Shown in pieces: positions 10,228 through 18,938 of a stretch of DNA of 64,000 bases (positions are counted from its first letter, which is position 1; each line of letters starts with the position of its first letter). Location of the stretch: positions 192,001 to 256,000 of the forward strand of contig CAVTQK010000021.1 in the NCBI GenBank assembly GCA_963736855.1, given 5' to 3'. The position numbers and the translations under genes are program-made. Origin of the DNA: an uncultured delta proteobacterium (GTDB lineage Bacteria > Desulfobacterota > Desulfobacteria > Desulfobacterales > UBA2156). The notes under the pieces are model-generated. The model did no database searches and was not told the origin of the DNA. It saw only the letters and a program-made list of their open reading frames with translations.

Positions 10228-10660
10228 TATTCGGTATCGACAGAGTGATGCTTTTAGGTTGTCCGGTCGGTTCCGGAAATTTTATCCAGATTCCCATGGG
10301 TTTGCCGGCTGCAATATCAAACCAAAAGCGTCCCCCCGTGTCCTTGTCGTAAAATGGTCCGCCGATAAACATACCGTCTGCATCTTTTAGGGCAAAATAC
10401 TTTTTTTGGTTGATTTCATCCAAAACATAGCAGTCGGCAAAGTGAAACCTCATGGATTGTTTTTCCGTCCCCGTATTTCTGACCTTGAACTTTATTGTCA
10501 ATACGTTATTGCGTGCCTCGATCGACATCAGGTCCACTTCTATGCCGGTGAGCGTGTTGTGGGTCTGGGTTTGAATTCCATCTTTGGCGAAACCGCTTCC
10601 GGATGCAACCATCAGCAATAGGGCGGTCAAAAAACAGACGCTCTTTAAGAATTTCTTCAT
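10193..10660 (-). CDS. Secreted hypothetical protein (beta-rich), co-oriented with the OmpA gene
   Basis: GGAGGTGG RBS, signal peptide MKKFLKSVCFLTALLLMVASGSGFA, 155 aa. Confidence 0.7.
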   Translation of the reverse strand: MKKFLKSVCFLTALLLMVASGSGFAKDGIQTQTHNTLTGIEVDLMSIEARNNVLTIKFKVRNTGTEKQSMRFHFADCYVLDEINQKKYFALKDADGMFIGGPFYDKDTGGRFWFDIAAGKPMGIWIKFPEPTGQPKSITLSIPNIAPFEEVSLGK

Positions 10661-10750
10661 AACCACCTCCTTTTATCAGTATTTATCGGTTTTGTGCCGG
10701 GATGATTTCAACATTCGGTCATATGTCCTGCTTCTTTGAGACAAAGCCCT

Positions 10751-11245
10751 TTAGGATCCTGGCGGTTTTTCCAGCTTTCGGTTCGGATCATTTGCTTCAG
10801 TCCAACTCCTTCCGAATTTTTTCTCGAAAAAGGATTTAAGCCTTTCAAACCACTGGCCGGGCTCCTTTTCCTGCTGTCGATGGGCCCGGATGGCGTCCCA
10901 TACGAAAAAGCAGATATCGATGATTTTGTCTTTGGGGACATAGCAATGGGCTCCGGAACGGATGGACCGGATGAAGTTTTCCGGGCTCAGGGCGTGTGCC
11001 GTAAGCATCACGGCGGGGATTTTTAACGATGTAGCGATTTGGAGGAGCTCATATCCTTCTACCCCCATGATATCGAGGACCACACAATCGAAGCACTCCT
11101 TTTCCATGATTTGCTTTGCGGACTCGAAATCACGGGCCCGGTGGAGCTCACACATCTCCAGTTCTTCCGAAAGCATATCGAGTATATCCGGTTCATCATC
11201 TACGATGAGGACTTTTTTCCCTTCCAATATCGCCAAATCGTGCAT
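10751..11245 (-). CDS. Stand-alone response regulator receiver protein
   Basis: VLIVDDE, VLDIMG, MLTAH and conserved Lys. No DNA-binding domain. Confidence 0.85.
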   Translation of the reverse strand: MHDLAILEGKKVLIVDDEPDILDMLSEELEMCELHRARDFESAKQIMEKECFDCVVLDIMGVEGYELLQIATSLKIPAVMLTAHALSPENFIRSIRSGAHCYVPKDKIIDICFFVWDAIRAHRQQEKEPGQWFERLKSFFEKKFGRSWTEANDPNRKLEKPPGS

Positions 11246-11377
11246 ATCGTCCTCCTCATTTTATTCAGGCGTCAACCTGGTCGACAGAGTTCTTTCATGG
11301 GCTTCCGAGCCTTTGCATATCCTATGAAAAGATACGCGGCATGTCAATGCCGTTGCAGTCCTGCGCGGGATGTCGGC

Positions 11378-12562
11378 TCATACTTTGATTAAGAGTCCTT
11401 TCAGATAGGTTCCTTCCGGAAAACTCAATAAGACCGGGTGATCGGCGGACTGGCCGAACCGACGGAGAATGACTCCCGGTCGGCCGGCGTCCAGCGCTGC
11501 GTCGGCCACAACTTTTTGGAAGAGTTCGGGTGAAACATGGGCCGAGCAGGAAAAAGTCATCAGGAGTCCTCCTTCCCGCAGAAGCCCCAAGCCGAGCCTG
11601 TTGATGTCCTTGTATCCCCTGCAGGCTTTATCGAGATGAGCCCTGGAGTCGGCGAACTTGGGGGGATCCAGTACCACCATATCGAAGCGGCGACCCGACT
11701 CATGGATCTGTCGCAGGGCTGAAAAGACGTCCGCTTTCGTGGTTTTCACCTGATTTTCTGAAAAGCCGTTTAACTCGGCATTTCGGCGTGCAAGATCGAT
11801 GGCGGATTCGGAGGAATCGATGTTGAGGACTGAGGACGCACCTCCAATCATGGCCCAGACACCGAAACCTCCGGTGTAGGAAAAACCGTTCAGAACGTCC
11901 TTTCCCAGGGTATAATCGGCCAGAGCAGCCCGGTTTTCTCTCTGGTCCAGATAAAAGCCTGTCTTTTGTCCCTGTCGGATATCAACTAAAAAAGACATGG
12001 CACCTTCCCGAATTTTCAGGGATTCCGAAGGAATGTCGCCGTAGAGTAGCCCGGTTCTTTTTTTTAAATTTTCCTTGAGGCGCGCATCCACGTCCGAGCG
12101 TTCATAGATGCCTCTCACAGGGATTTGTCGGGCCAATTCTTTGATGATGATCTCTTTCCAGAACTCGGTACCGACAGTGAGAAACTGACAGACCAGAACA
12201 GGACCGTATCGATCCACGACAAGTCCGGGGAGGCCGTCCGACTCGGCGTTGATCAGACGGTAGGCGTCACAACCGGAGAGGGACGGGATCGCATGTCTCA
12301 AAGAAATGGCAGTTTGAATGCGTTTTGAGAAAAAAACAGTAGAAACCGTCTCCGTTGGATCGAAAGTCCACACCCGAATGATAATCTGAGAATGCGGAGA
12401 AAAGGCACCTCTGGCAAGCCAGGTTCCGTCCGAAGACAGAATATCCACCGTCTCTCCGGGAGCTGCTGCCTTGGAAACGTCCCGGATCGCCCCGGAAAAG
12501 ATCCAGGGATGCCGCCGCAGAAGGGATTTCTCCCTCTGTGGTTTGAGTGTAACCGAGGCCAC
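11378..12562 (-). CDS. rlmI: 23S rRNA m5C1962 methyltransferase (RlmI family)
   Basis: HPWIFSGAI PUA domain, ESDGLPGL, GQKTGFYLDQRENR, LDPPKF, FSCS, YLK. Confidence 0.9.
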   Translation of the reverse strand: MASVTLKPQREKSLLRRHPWIFSGAIRDVSKAAAPGETVDILSSDGTWLARGAFSPHSQIIIRVWTFDPTETVSTVFFSKRIQTAISLRHAIPSLSGCDAYRLINAESDGLPGLVVDRYGPVLVCQFLTVGTEFWKEIIIKELARQIPVRGIYERSDVDARLKENLKKRTGLLYGDIPSESLKIREGAMSFLVDIRQGQKTGFYLDQRENRAALADYTLGKDVLNGFSYTGGFGVWAMIGGASSVLNIDSSESAIDLARRNAELNGFSENQVKTTKADVFSALRQIHESGRRFDMVVLDPPKFADSRAHLDKACRGYKDINRLGLGLLREGGLLMTFSCSAHVSPELFQKVVADAALDAGRPGVILRRFGQSADHPVLLSFPEGTYLKGLLIKV

Positions 12563-12571
12563 GGGGCATGA

Positions 12572-12682
12572 TTACTTGGATTCGGCGGATTTAACAGCCT
12601 TTTTAGGCTTTTTAGATCTCGTTTTGCCGAAAGTTCCCCGAAAGATCTTTCCTCTTTTACTGCGCTGATCACCTTTACCCAT
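12572..12682 (-). CDS. thx: 30S ribosomal protein Thx (bTHX/bS31), 36 aa, absent from ORF track
   Basis: Translated by hand: MGKGDQRSKRGKIFRGTFGKTRSKKPKKAVKSAESK*, with GGAGGA RBS. Matches the Thx signature GKGDxxxxxGKIxxGxxGK. Confidence 0.9.
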   Translation of the reverse strand: MGKGDQRSKRGKIFRGTFGKTRSKKPKKAVKSAESK

Positions 12683-12899
12683 TGGATACTTCCTCCGTTT
12701 GAATAGAAATTAAAGTTTAACGAAAATCATCGAGGAAAATAGTGAATGAGTATCTATAGCACAACAGAAAAAGAGGGGCAACTCGAAGAAAAGGCACCAG
12801 AGATACGATTCGATATTTTTTCAATAGGTCGTTGCACCATGAGGGTTGATGCATTAAAATAAAAAAAGACACCGATTCAAATGCGTTAGAAGGGAAATC

Positions 12900-13976
12900 A
12901 TGGGTGATCCTCAATCCATCGTCAAACAAGTGGCTCATAACTGTGCGATTACCGATGCCCGTCATGCTACGATATTTTCGGTCTGCGGACTGGCGTTGCG
13001 TCTGCGAGGGCTTTATAAGTGGGAAAAGGGTCTCGATCCTTGGGTGGAAGAAGAACCGGGGAGACTGATGACATGGATCGAGGAAACGGAAATCGCATGG
13101 GAAAAGCTGGAAAATCTGGACTTCATCGGCATTCGATCCGATGACCGGGTCTTTGATCCTTTTAATGCAGCCGGGATCAACGGGACCCTTGAACCTTCCG
13201 GAATGATTTATGGTGCAGGGTATGCTCAGGGCCTGGCGCCCACTTTTTTCATGGCTTGTCTGAAAGAAGCCAGGAACCTGCATGGATGCTCGATTTTCAT
13301 CCTGGGAAAAGAGCTGGCCCGGGATCTGATGTCGATCCCCGCCCTTTCCCAGGATAACCGGATATATATCCGTACTGAAGTCGTGAAGTCCTTTCTGTGG
13401 GATCAGATTTTTTTTATAAACCGATCCGGAAAAAGCGCTTTGAACCTGGCATTGCAAAGCTTTAAAGCCCAAGAGGATGATAAACTTTCCATTAGGAGGT
13501 GTCTTCCCGAAATCGTGGAAAACGAAACAGAGTCATTTCTTTTTCATGAGCTCGGTGAAGTGCTGGATCCCACCCTCGATCGGATGGCCTGGAGGGAACT
13601 TTTGGCTCAGTTTCCGAACACGGTCATCGAGCTTCTGGCAAGAACACTGAAAGACATTGTTGCGGATACGAGCCCCTTTGGAAGGCTTTCTTTTATTGTT
13701 AAGCAGCACCGGTCGTCGTCCCTTGCCTTCTTTGTGGCATTTTTAGATGGGTTCCGGAAGATATTATTCCCGGAGATCTTCACCGCATTTGAAAGATTCG
13801 TCTCTGATGGAAGCTGGGAAATCATTGAGGAAGCGGTTCGAAAGGGATATCAGACGGCTCGAGAAAGGGCTGGGATGCTCATGGAAATCTTTCAGTCGGG
13901 GAAAAATAAGAGTCAACCCACATGGACCGAAAGTGAGATTCACCGCAACCTAATCCAGCCTCTGGGTTTAAGGTAA
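12900..13976 (+). CDS. Conserved hypothetical protein (Sfum_1244-like)
   Basis: NCAITDARHA...SVCGLALRLRGLYKWE N-terminus, HELGE motif. Family assignment from recall only. Confidence 0.65.
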   Translation: MGDPQSIVKQVAHNCAITDARHATIFSVCGLALRLRGLYKWEKGLDPWVEEEPGRLMTWIEETEIAWEKLENLDFIGIRSDDRVFDPFNAAGINGTLEPSGMIYGAGYAQGLAPTFFMACLKEARNLHGCSIFILGKELARDLMSIPALSQDNRIYIRTEVVKSFLWDQIFFINRSGKSALNLALQSFKAQEDDKLSIRRCLPEIVENETESFLFHELGEVLDPTLDRMAWRELLAQFPNTVIELLARTLKDIVADTSPFGRLSFIVKQHRSSSLAFFVAFLDGFRKILFPEIFTAFERFVSDGSWEIIEEAVRKGYQTARERAGMLMEIFQSGKNKSQPTWTESEIHRNLIQPLGLR

Positions 13977-14009
13977 CCATCGGTTTCATTGAAAGGAGAT
14001 CGGCGGAAA

Positions 14010-14745
14010 ATGCTTACAGATGATGAAAAGAAGCGATACAGCCGTCAGATCCTCCTGGAGGAGATCGGAGAGCCCGGCCAGGAAAAACTAAAGGCGGCCC
14101 GTATCCTTGTCGCCGGAGCCGGGGGGATCGGTTCCGCTGTTTTGAACTGCCTGGCGGCTGCCGGGATCGGACGGATCCGTATCGTGGACTGCGATACGGT
14201 GGAGATGAGCAATTTGAATCGGCAGATTCTTCACTGGCCAAAAGGATATCGGTCGAAAAAAGACGGATTCCGCAGCCGAAAAGCTCCAGGCAATTAACCC
14301 GGATATCGACGTGGTAGTGATGCATGAGACCATTTCTAAAGACAACATTCTGGATCTTGCCTCAGGAGTCAATGGAATCGTCGATGCCATGGACAATATG
14401 CCGGCTCGATACATCCTTAACGAGGCGGCGGTGAAAATGCGTATTCCTTTTTTTCACGGAGCCGTCTATGGCTTCGAAGGAAGAGCCATGACCGTCCTGC
14501 CTGGAAAAACGGCATGCTTGAGATGTCTCTATCGCGGGCCGGTGGAAAGAGAGATATTCCCGGTTCTCGGGACGGCGCCGGCTATGATCGGGGCCGTTCA
14601 GGCCTGCGAGGTGATCAAGTACCTGGTGGGTGCCGGTCGCCTGCTGACCGATCGGATGCTGACCATCGACGGTTTGACCATGAACGCATCCGAGTTCAAG
14701 ATCCACAGGAATCCTAATTGTGAGCATTGCGCGTCCCCCAGATGA
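14010..14745 (+). CDS. moeB: MoeB/ThiF-family sulfur-carrier adenylyltransferase, one apparent +1 frameshift at A-run 14240-14243
   Basis: RYSRQ, GAGGIGS, SNLNRQ in the first frame; CLRC and CEHC Zn motifs in the second. Removing one A gives [17 protein letters not shown]. Confidence 0.85.
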
Positions 14746-14757
14746 AAGGAGTTAAGC

Positions 14758-15030
14758 GTGAGTATCGATATCGCCATTCATAAGACGCACAGGCAATTTA
14801 CCGGAGGGGCGGAGCGGGTTTCGGTGGAAGGGAAGACTGTGGGTCAGTGCCTTGATCATCTTATCAAGCAATATCCCCAGATGAAGGGAATCCTCTTCGA
14901 TGGGAAAGGACGAGTCAAAAACACCATCGAGATCTATGTGAATATGGAAAGCGCCTATCCCGACGAACTGAAAAAACCGGTCAAGAACGGGGATGTGATC
15001 CACATCGCGCTGATGCTTGCCGGAGGATGA
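14758..15030 (+). CDS. MoaD/ThiS-family sulfur carrier
   Basis: 90 aa ubiquitin-like ORF ending in AGG, directly after moeB. Confidence 0.85.
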   Translation: MSIDIAIHKTHRQFTGGAERVSVEGKTVGQCLDHLIKQYPQMKGILFDGKGRVKNTIEIYVNMESAYPDELKKPVKNGDVIHIALMLAGG

Positions 15031-15031
15031 T

Positions 15032-15070
15032 AAAAACGGGAGCATCCTGTTTCCGCCGGCTGCCCCCGTT
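15032..15070 (-). terminator. Probable intrinsic terminator of the AOR operon
   Basis: Minus strand reads AACGGGGGCA...TGCTCCCGTT followed by more Ts, between convergent genes. Confidence 0.55.
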
Positions 15071-15090
15071 GGAGAGGAAAAAACGGTCGG

Positions 15091-15597
15091 TTAGAGGGCT
15101 GCGTGCTGAAAAACCGCTTCTTTCCCGGCAACAGAGATCCGGTGGGCGGCGGCTTTCTTCTTTATCAGGCTGACATCTCCAGCATCCACGTAAGTTAAAG
15201 CCTTCACATCACAGAACCGGACACATTGGGGATCACCGTCGCATAGATCGCATTTGAATACTTTCCTGTCGACGGTATTGAAACTCATGGCCCCGAAGGG
15301 ACAGACGGAAACACAGGTCCGGCACCCGATGCAGACATCGTAGTCGACCTCCACCCTTCCTAAAGACGTGTTCATCGAGATAGCCTTCACCGGGCACGCT
15401 TTCATACAGGGCGCATCCTGGCACTGCTGGCAAGACATAGGGATGTAAAGGCCTTCGGACTCCCACTTCATGACCCGGATGCGGCTGCGCATCGGGTTGG
15501 AAATGCCGTCGTGCTTAACGGTACAGACAAGCTCGCAAAGCCGGCATCCCGTGCATTTCTCGTAATCGATCATCAAAACTTTGCCTGAGGTTTCCAT
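15091..15597 (-). CDS. 4x[4Fe-4S] ferredoxin (DmsB/AorA-like electron-transfer subunit)
   Basis: CTGCRLCELVC, CQQCQDAPCMKAC, CIGCRTCVSVC, KCDLCDGDPQCVRFC. Confidence 0.9.
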   Translation of the reverse strand: METSGKVLMIDYEKCTGCRLCELVCTVKHDGISNPMRSRIRVMKWESEGLYIPMSCQQCQDAPCMKACPVKAISMNTSLGRVEVDYDVCIGCRTCVSVCPFGAMSFNTVDRKVFKCDLCDGDPQCVRFCDVKALTYVDAGDVSLIKKKAAAHRISVAGKEAVFQHAAL

Positions 15598-15629
15598 GAA
15601 CCTTCTCCTTTTCAATCTGTCAGGTTGGC

Positions 15630-17570
15630 TTAAAGCTGCCGGGAGGGCTCGTTATCAAGCCCCAGACGTTTAAGTGTCGCCGCTTTGGGTTTTCCGTTTT
15701 TATCCAACCCTTTGTATTCGTAAAACTCATCGATCATCTTGTCGAATTTTTCCCGGTCGATGCACATGCCGATGACGTCCGGCGCGCCTCTTTTGCAAGG
15801 CTCGTCAAAGTACCGGTGATTCAGGGTATCCCCTTTTTTAAGGTCGTTTCGGGTCAACCCCTCCCGCATATTGAACATGCGCTCGATCATGTTGCATCTT
15901 TCAGCGACGGTCCAGAGTTCTTCCGGGGTGACTTCGATGCCTGTGTTGTAGTAAATGACCTTGGGCCAGTCTTCGAAATTGGGAAGTGTGGCGCCGAGGA
16001 AAGTCGTATGATATTTACAGATCCCGAGACAGTCCACGGCCATATAACAATTTTCCTGCCAGAAGACCATCCATGCCTTGCCTTCGTAAGATGTATGTTC
16101 CGAGCTCAGGGGGCCGTTGTAGGGAACCGGGGAGCTGTAAATCTTTCTCAAGACTTCTTCCGGCAGATGATACAGGTCGATGGCGGGTCGGCTTCGCAGA
16201 TGGTCGCTCCCCCGGGATGCCGTAGCGATGTTGAGGGCCAAGGCCGGGGTGGCACGTTCGTCGGAGTGGAGATTGTTCATGCCCTTGACCTGGATCAGAT
16301 AGTCAAAGGAATTTTTTCCGATCTTTTCCGCAGCCGGAATGCCGCCGTCGGCCAGGGTGTCTCCCAGCCACCCTTTTCGGTAGCAGATGCGCTCAACCAT
16401 CTCCAGCAGGGCCTTGTCGTTTCCGAATCGCAGGTCTATTCCATCGGTATGCTTGTCGGTCAGGATCCCTTCTTCATAAAGCTCCATGGCCCAGGCGATC
16501 ATTGAGCCGGTCTCCAGGTTGTCCATGCCGAACTGGTCCACCAGGTAATTGCCTGTTAAAACGGTTTCGGCAGAAGTGCATCCCGGTTCGGAGCCGAAGG
16601 CACCCAAAGAGGTGTATTCCGGACCTTCATCGTATTTGCCTGCATAAGGCCCGGAAGGGATCCGGTATTGGGCCCGGCAGTGAACCTGACATCCGAAACA
16701 TCCCGTCATGTGATAAGGTCCCATGGTTTCCGTGGCGATTTCATCCAGCCTTTCCGGTTCGATGTCATCGGCGTATTCGAGCTGGTTGTATTGAAAATTT
16801 CGGGTTCGTAGGCCGCCCCAGCAGTTTGTCGCCCCCCAGATGAACGGGGTCCCCAGGGTTCCCTGGGTCTGGTTGACCTTGGCACTTGTGATCTGGTCAA
16901 TGAACCGCTTGTTGAATTCCAGGGCTTCCATGGGATGGGCGATTTTAATGTCCATCGTCCCGCGCGCAGCCACGGCCTTGAGATTTTTAGAACCCATGAC
17001 GCATCCCATGCCGGTCCGCCCTCCGGAGTTTTTGATCCCGGTCATGACATTGGCAAAGGCGACGAGGTTTTCACCGGCCGGACCGATCACGCAGCTTTTG
17101 ATTTCGTCATCGCCCAACTCCTCCCGGATCGCCCACTGGGTGTCGGTCGTCGTTTTTCCCCATAAGCCGCACGCGTCCCGAATTTCGATTTTTCCGTCGT
17201 GGATAAAGAGGTAAACGGGATCTTTAGCCTTCCCTGTAATGACCAGATGATGAAATCCGGCCCAGGCAAGTTCCGGGGCAAAAAAGCCCCCCATATTGGC
17301 GCTGCCCAAAAGCCCAGTCAGGGGAGACTTGGCCATGATATGCGTACGGGAGGTGGCGGATGCGCAGGTAGCGGTCAGCAAACCCCCGCTGATGATCAAG
17401 GGGTTGTCCGGGCTTAGTGGATCCACCCCTTTGGGGGCGTGGTTATAGAGCAGGTAAGCATCGAGCCCCCTCCCGCCGATGAATCGTTTTCGTATGGAGA
17501 CGGGAATGGGTTTGATCTTGACGTCCCCAGTGGTGAGATTGATATAGGCAATTTTTCTGTCTAGCGACAT
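15630..17570 (-). CDS. aor: Aldehyde:ferredoxin oxidoreductase family tungstoenzyme, catalytic subunit
   Basis: KSPLTG, IGPAGEN, GRTGMGCVMGSKNLKAV, CFGCQVHC, EGPEY, DQFGMD, DCLGIC, FNMREG. All four cluster Cys are present. Confidence 0.92.
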   Translation of the reverse strand: MSLDRKIAYINLTTGDVKIKPIPVSIRKRFIGGRGLDAYLLYNHAPKGVDPLSPDNPLIISGGLLTATCASATSRTHIMAKSPLTGLLGSANMGGFFAPELAWAGFHHLVITGKAKDPVYLFIHDGKIEIRDACGLWGKTTTDTQWAIREELGDDEIKSCVIGPAGENLVAFANVMTGIKNSGGRTGMGCVMGSKNLKAVAARGTMDIKIAHPMEALEFNKRFIDQITSAKVNQTQGTLGTPFIWGATNCWGGLRTRNFQYNQLEYADDIEPERLDEIATETMGPYHMTGCFGCQVHCRAQYRIPSGPYAGKYDEGPEYTSLGAFGSEPGCTSAETVLTGNYLVDQFGMDNLETGSMIAWAMELYEEGILTDKHTDGIDLRFGNDKALLEMVERICYRKGWLGDTLADGGIPAAEKIGKNSFDYLIQVKGMNNLHSDERATPALALNIATASRGSDHLRSRPAIDLYHLPEEVLRKIYSSPVPYNGPLSSEHTSYEGKAWMVFWQENCYMAVDCLGICKYHTTFLGATLPNFEDWPKVIYYNTGIEVTPEELWTVAERCNMIERMFNMREGLTRNDLKKGDTLNHRYFDEPCKRGAPDVIGMCIDREKFDKMIDEFYEYKGLDKNGKPKAATLKRLGLDNEPSRQL

Positions 17571-17571
17571 G

Positions 17572-17865
17572 TTATTTCCCTCCCTTTTTTTCTGCAGATT
17601 CCTTCTTGGAGGCCTGTTTTTCGGCAAAGGTTTTTGCGGCAATCTCTCGGTTTACTTCCCAGACCGGCCCCCGAATTCTCGGCAGGGTGGGGTTAACCCA
17701 GAACAACCGATATTCCATCCCGCAGGTAGGGCACTTCACCTGCTGGGCTCCCGGCTCAGGCTGAATCCTCCCCATGCAGCTGGGGTTGTGGCACCGGATC
17801 TTGCCGAAAGTCCGGGTTTTCCGAAGGCTTTCGGCGGCGGACTGTTTTGCACTTTCGATGGTCAT
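17572..17865 (-). CDS. Small zinc-ribbon-like protein (97 aa), first gene of the AOR operon
   Basis: AAAGGAG RBS, CHNPSC...CPTC. Stop codon lies 1 nt before the aor start. Confidence 0.7.
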   Translation of the reverse strand: MTIESAKQSAAESLRKTRTFGKIRCHNPSCMGRIQPEPGAQQVKCPTCGMEYRLFWVNPTLPRIRGPVWEVNREIAAKTFAEKQASKKESAEKKGGK

Positions 17866-17965
17866 GGCGGCTCCTTTCGTCAATTTTTTAAGGGACAGAG
17901 TCATGGCGGCTTTCAATAAGGATGTTACTTCAGAGGCATAACCTGTCTCTGCACATGCAAGTAAA

Positions 17966-17981
17966 GTTCATTATAGTGAAC
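17966..17981. promoter_or_regulatory. Palindromic operator 1 (putative IclR site)
   Basis: GTTCATTATAGTGAAC, just downstream of a minus-strand sigma70 promoter. Near-identical copy at 18116. Confidence 0.7.
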
Positions 17982-17996
17982 GATCAATGAAATTTT

Positions 17997-18024
17997 TTTA
18001 TATAGTAATGGATGATCTTGTCAA
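17997..18024 (-). promoter_or_regulatory. Sigma70-type promoter for the AOR operon
   Basis: Minus strand TTGACA-N16-TATAAA. Confidence 0.6.
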
Positions 18025-18115
18025 GTTAAATTTAACATAATGTTCATTTCCTTGATAAAAAATCAAAAAACGGTATTGACAGTATACGGAAATGGATGTA
18101 AATGAAAAGAAAATT

Positions 18116-18131
18116 GTTCATTATGGTGAAC
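18116..18131. promoter_or_regulatory. Palindromic operator 2 (putative IclR autoregulatory site)
   Basis: GTTCATTATGGTGAAC, 1 nt before the iclR ATG and downstream of TTGACA at 18076. Confidence 0.7.
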
Positions 18132-18132
18132 G

Positions 18133-18906
18133 ATGACAAATTCTTATCAGGCGCCGACCGTCAAGAAAGCTTTCCGGATCCTGCGGGCCGTCTCCAAAAA
18201 CCGCCACGGTATGGGAGTCAGTGAACTTTCAAAAAGACTCTCCATAGGCAAGAGCACCGTATTTGGCATCTTGAATGCGCTGGAAGATCTGGGAGCTGTT
18301 GTCCGGGATCCCAAAACCAAGACATTTACCCTGGGGGTGACCCTGTTCGAACTGGGTCGTGCCGCCTATTCCCGCATCGATGTGAAAGAGATTGCACGAC
18401 CCATCATGGAAGGCCTCATGGAGCGTGCCCAGGAATCGGTTTTCCTGGGAGTAAGAAACGGAGAACACGTCACCATCATTGATATTGTGGAATCCACGCA
18501 GGATTTGAAGATCACCGCGCCGGTGGGAACCCGGATCCCGCTTTTTGCCGGGGCAACCGGCAAAGTGTTCATGGCCTCCATGACGGAGGAAAAAGTGGCC
18601 GAGCTGATTCAAACCAAGGGGATTTCTCATTTTACGAAAAACACCGTCATCAACCCCATGCGTTTTATGGAAGAAATTCGGACGGCAAGAAGAAAGGGAT
18701 ATGCTACGGACGATGAGGAATACATCAGCGGAGTGCGGGCCGTGGCCGCAGCTATTGAGGGAACACGGGCCTTCAGTTCCGCTATCTGGGTTGTGGGTTT
18801 CAAACCCCGCATCGACGCCAGGAAGATGGAGTTCTTGGTAGAAGAAACCCTTAACGCTGCCCATGCGATCAGCGAAAGAATCCAAAAAACCGATGCGATC
18901 CATTGA
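18133..18906 (+). CDS. IclR-family transcriptional regulator
   Basis: N-terminal HTH (GVSELSKRLSIGKSTVFGILNAL), GATGK, GYATDDEE, GVRAVAA. Confidence 0.92.
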   Translation: MTNSYQAPTVKKAFRILRAVSKNRHGMGVSELSKRLSIGKSTVFGILNALEDLGAVVRDPKTKTFTLGVTLFELGRAAYSRIDVKEIARPIMEGLMERAQESVFLGVRNGEHVTIIDIVESTQDLKITAPVGTRIPLFAGATGKVFMASMTEEKVAELIQTKGISHFTKNTVINPMRFMEEIRTARRKGYATDDEEYISGVRAVAAAIEGTRAFSSAIWVVGFKPRIDARKMEFLVEETLNAAHAISERIQKTDAIH

Positions 18907-18938
18907 TTAGAAATACTGGGAAAGGATCAGGGAGATTC

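Noticed and set aside
14240..14243. Programmed ribosomal frameshifting in moeB and the other split genes
   Set aside because: No consistent slippery site or stimulator, and the affected families are unrelated. Sequencing error is more parsimonious.
15630..17570. Class II benzoyl-CoA reductase BamB, suggested by nearby aromatic-degradation genes
   Set aside because: It has ordinary AOR motifs (EGPEY, DQFGMD) rather than the sequence features I recall for BamB, and no bamCDEF-type genes are adjacent.
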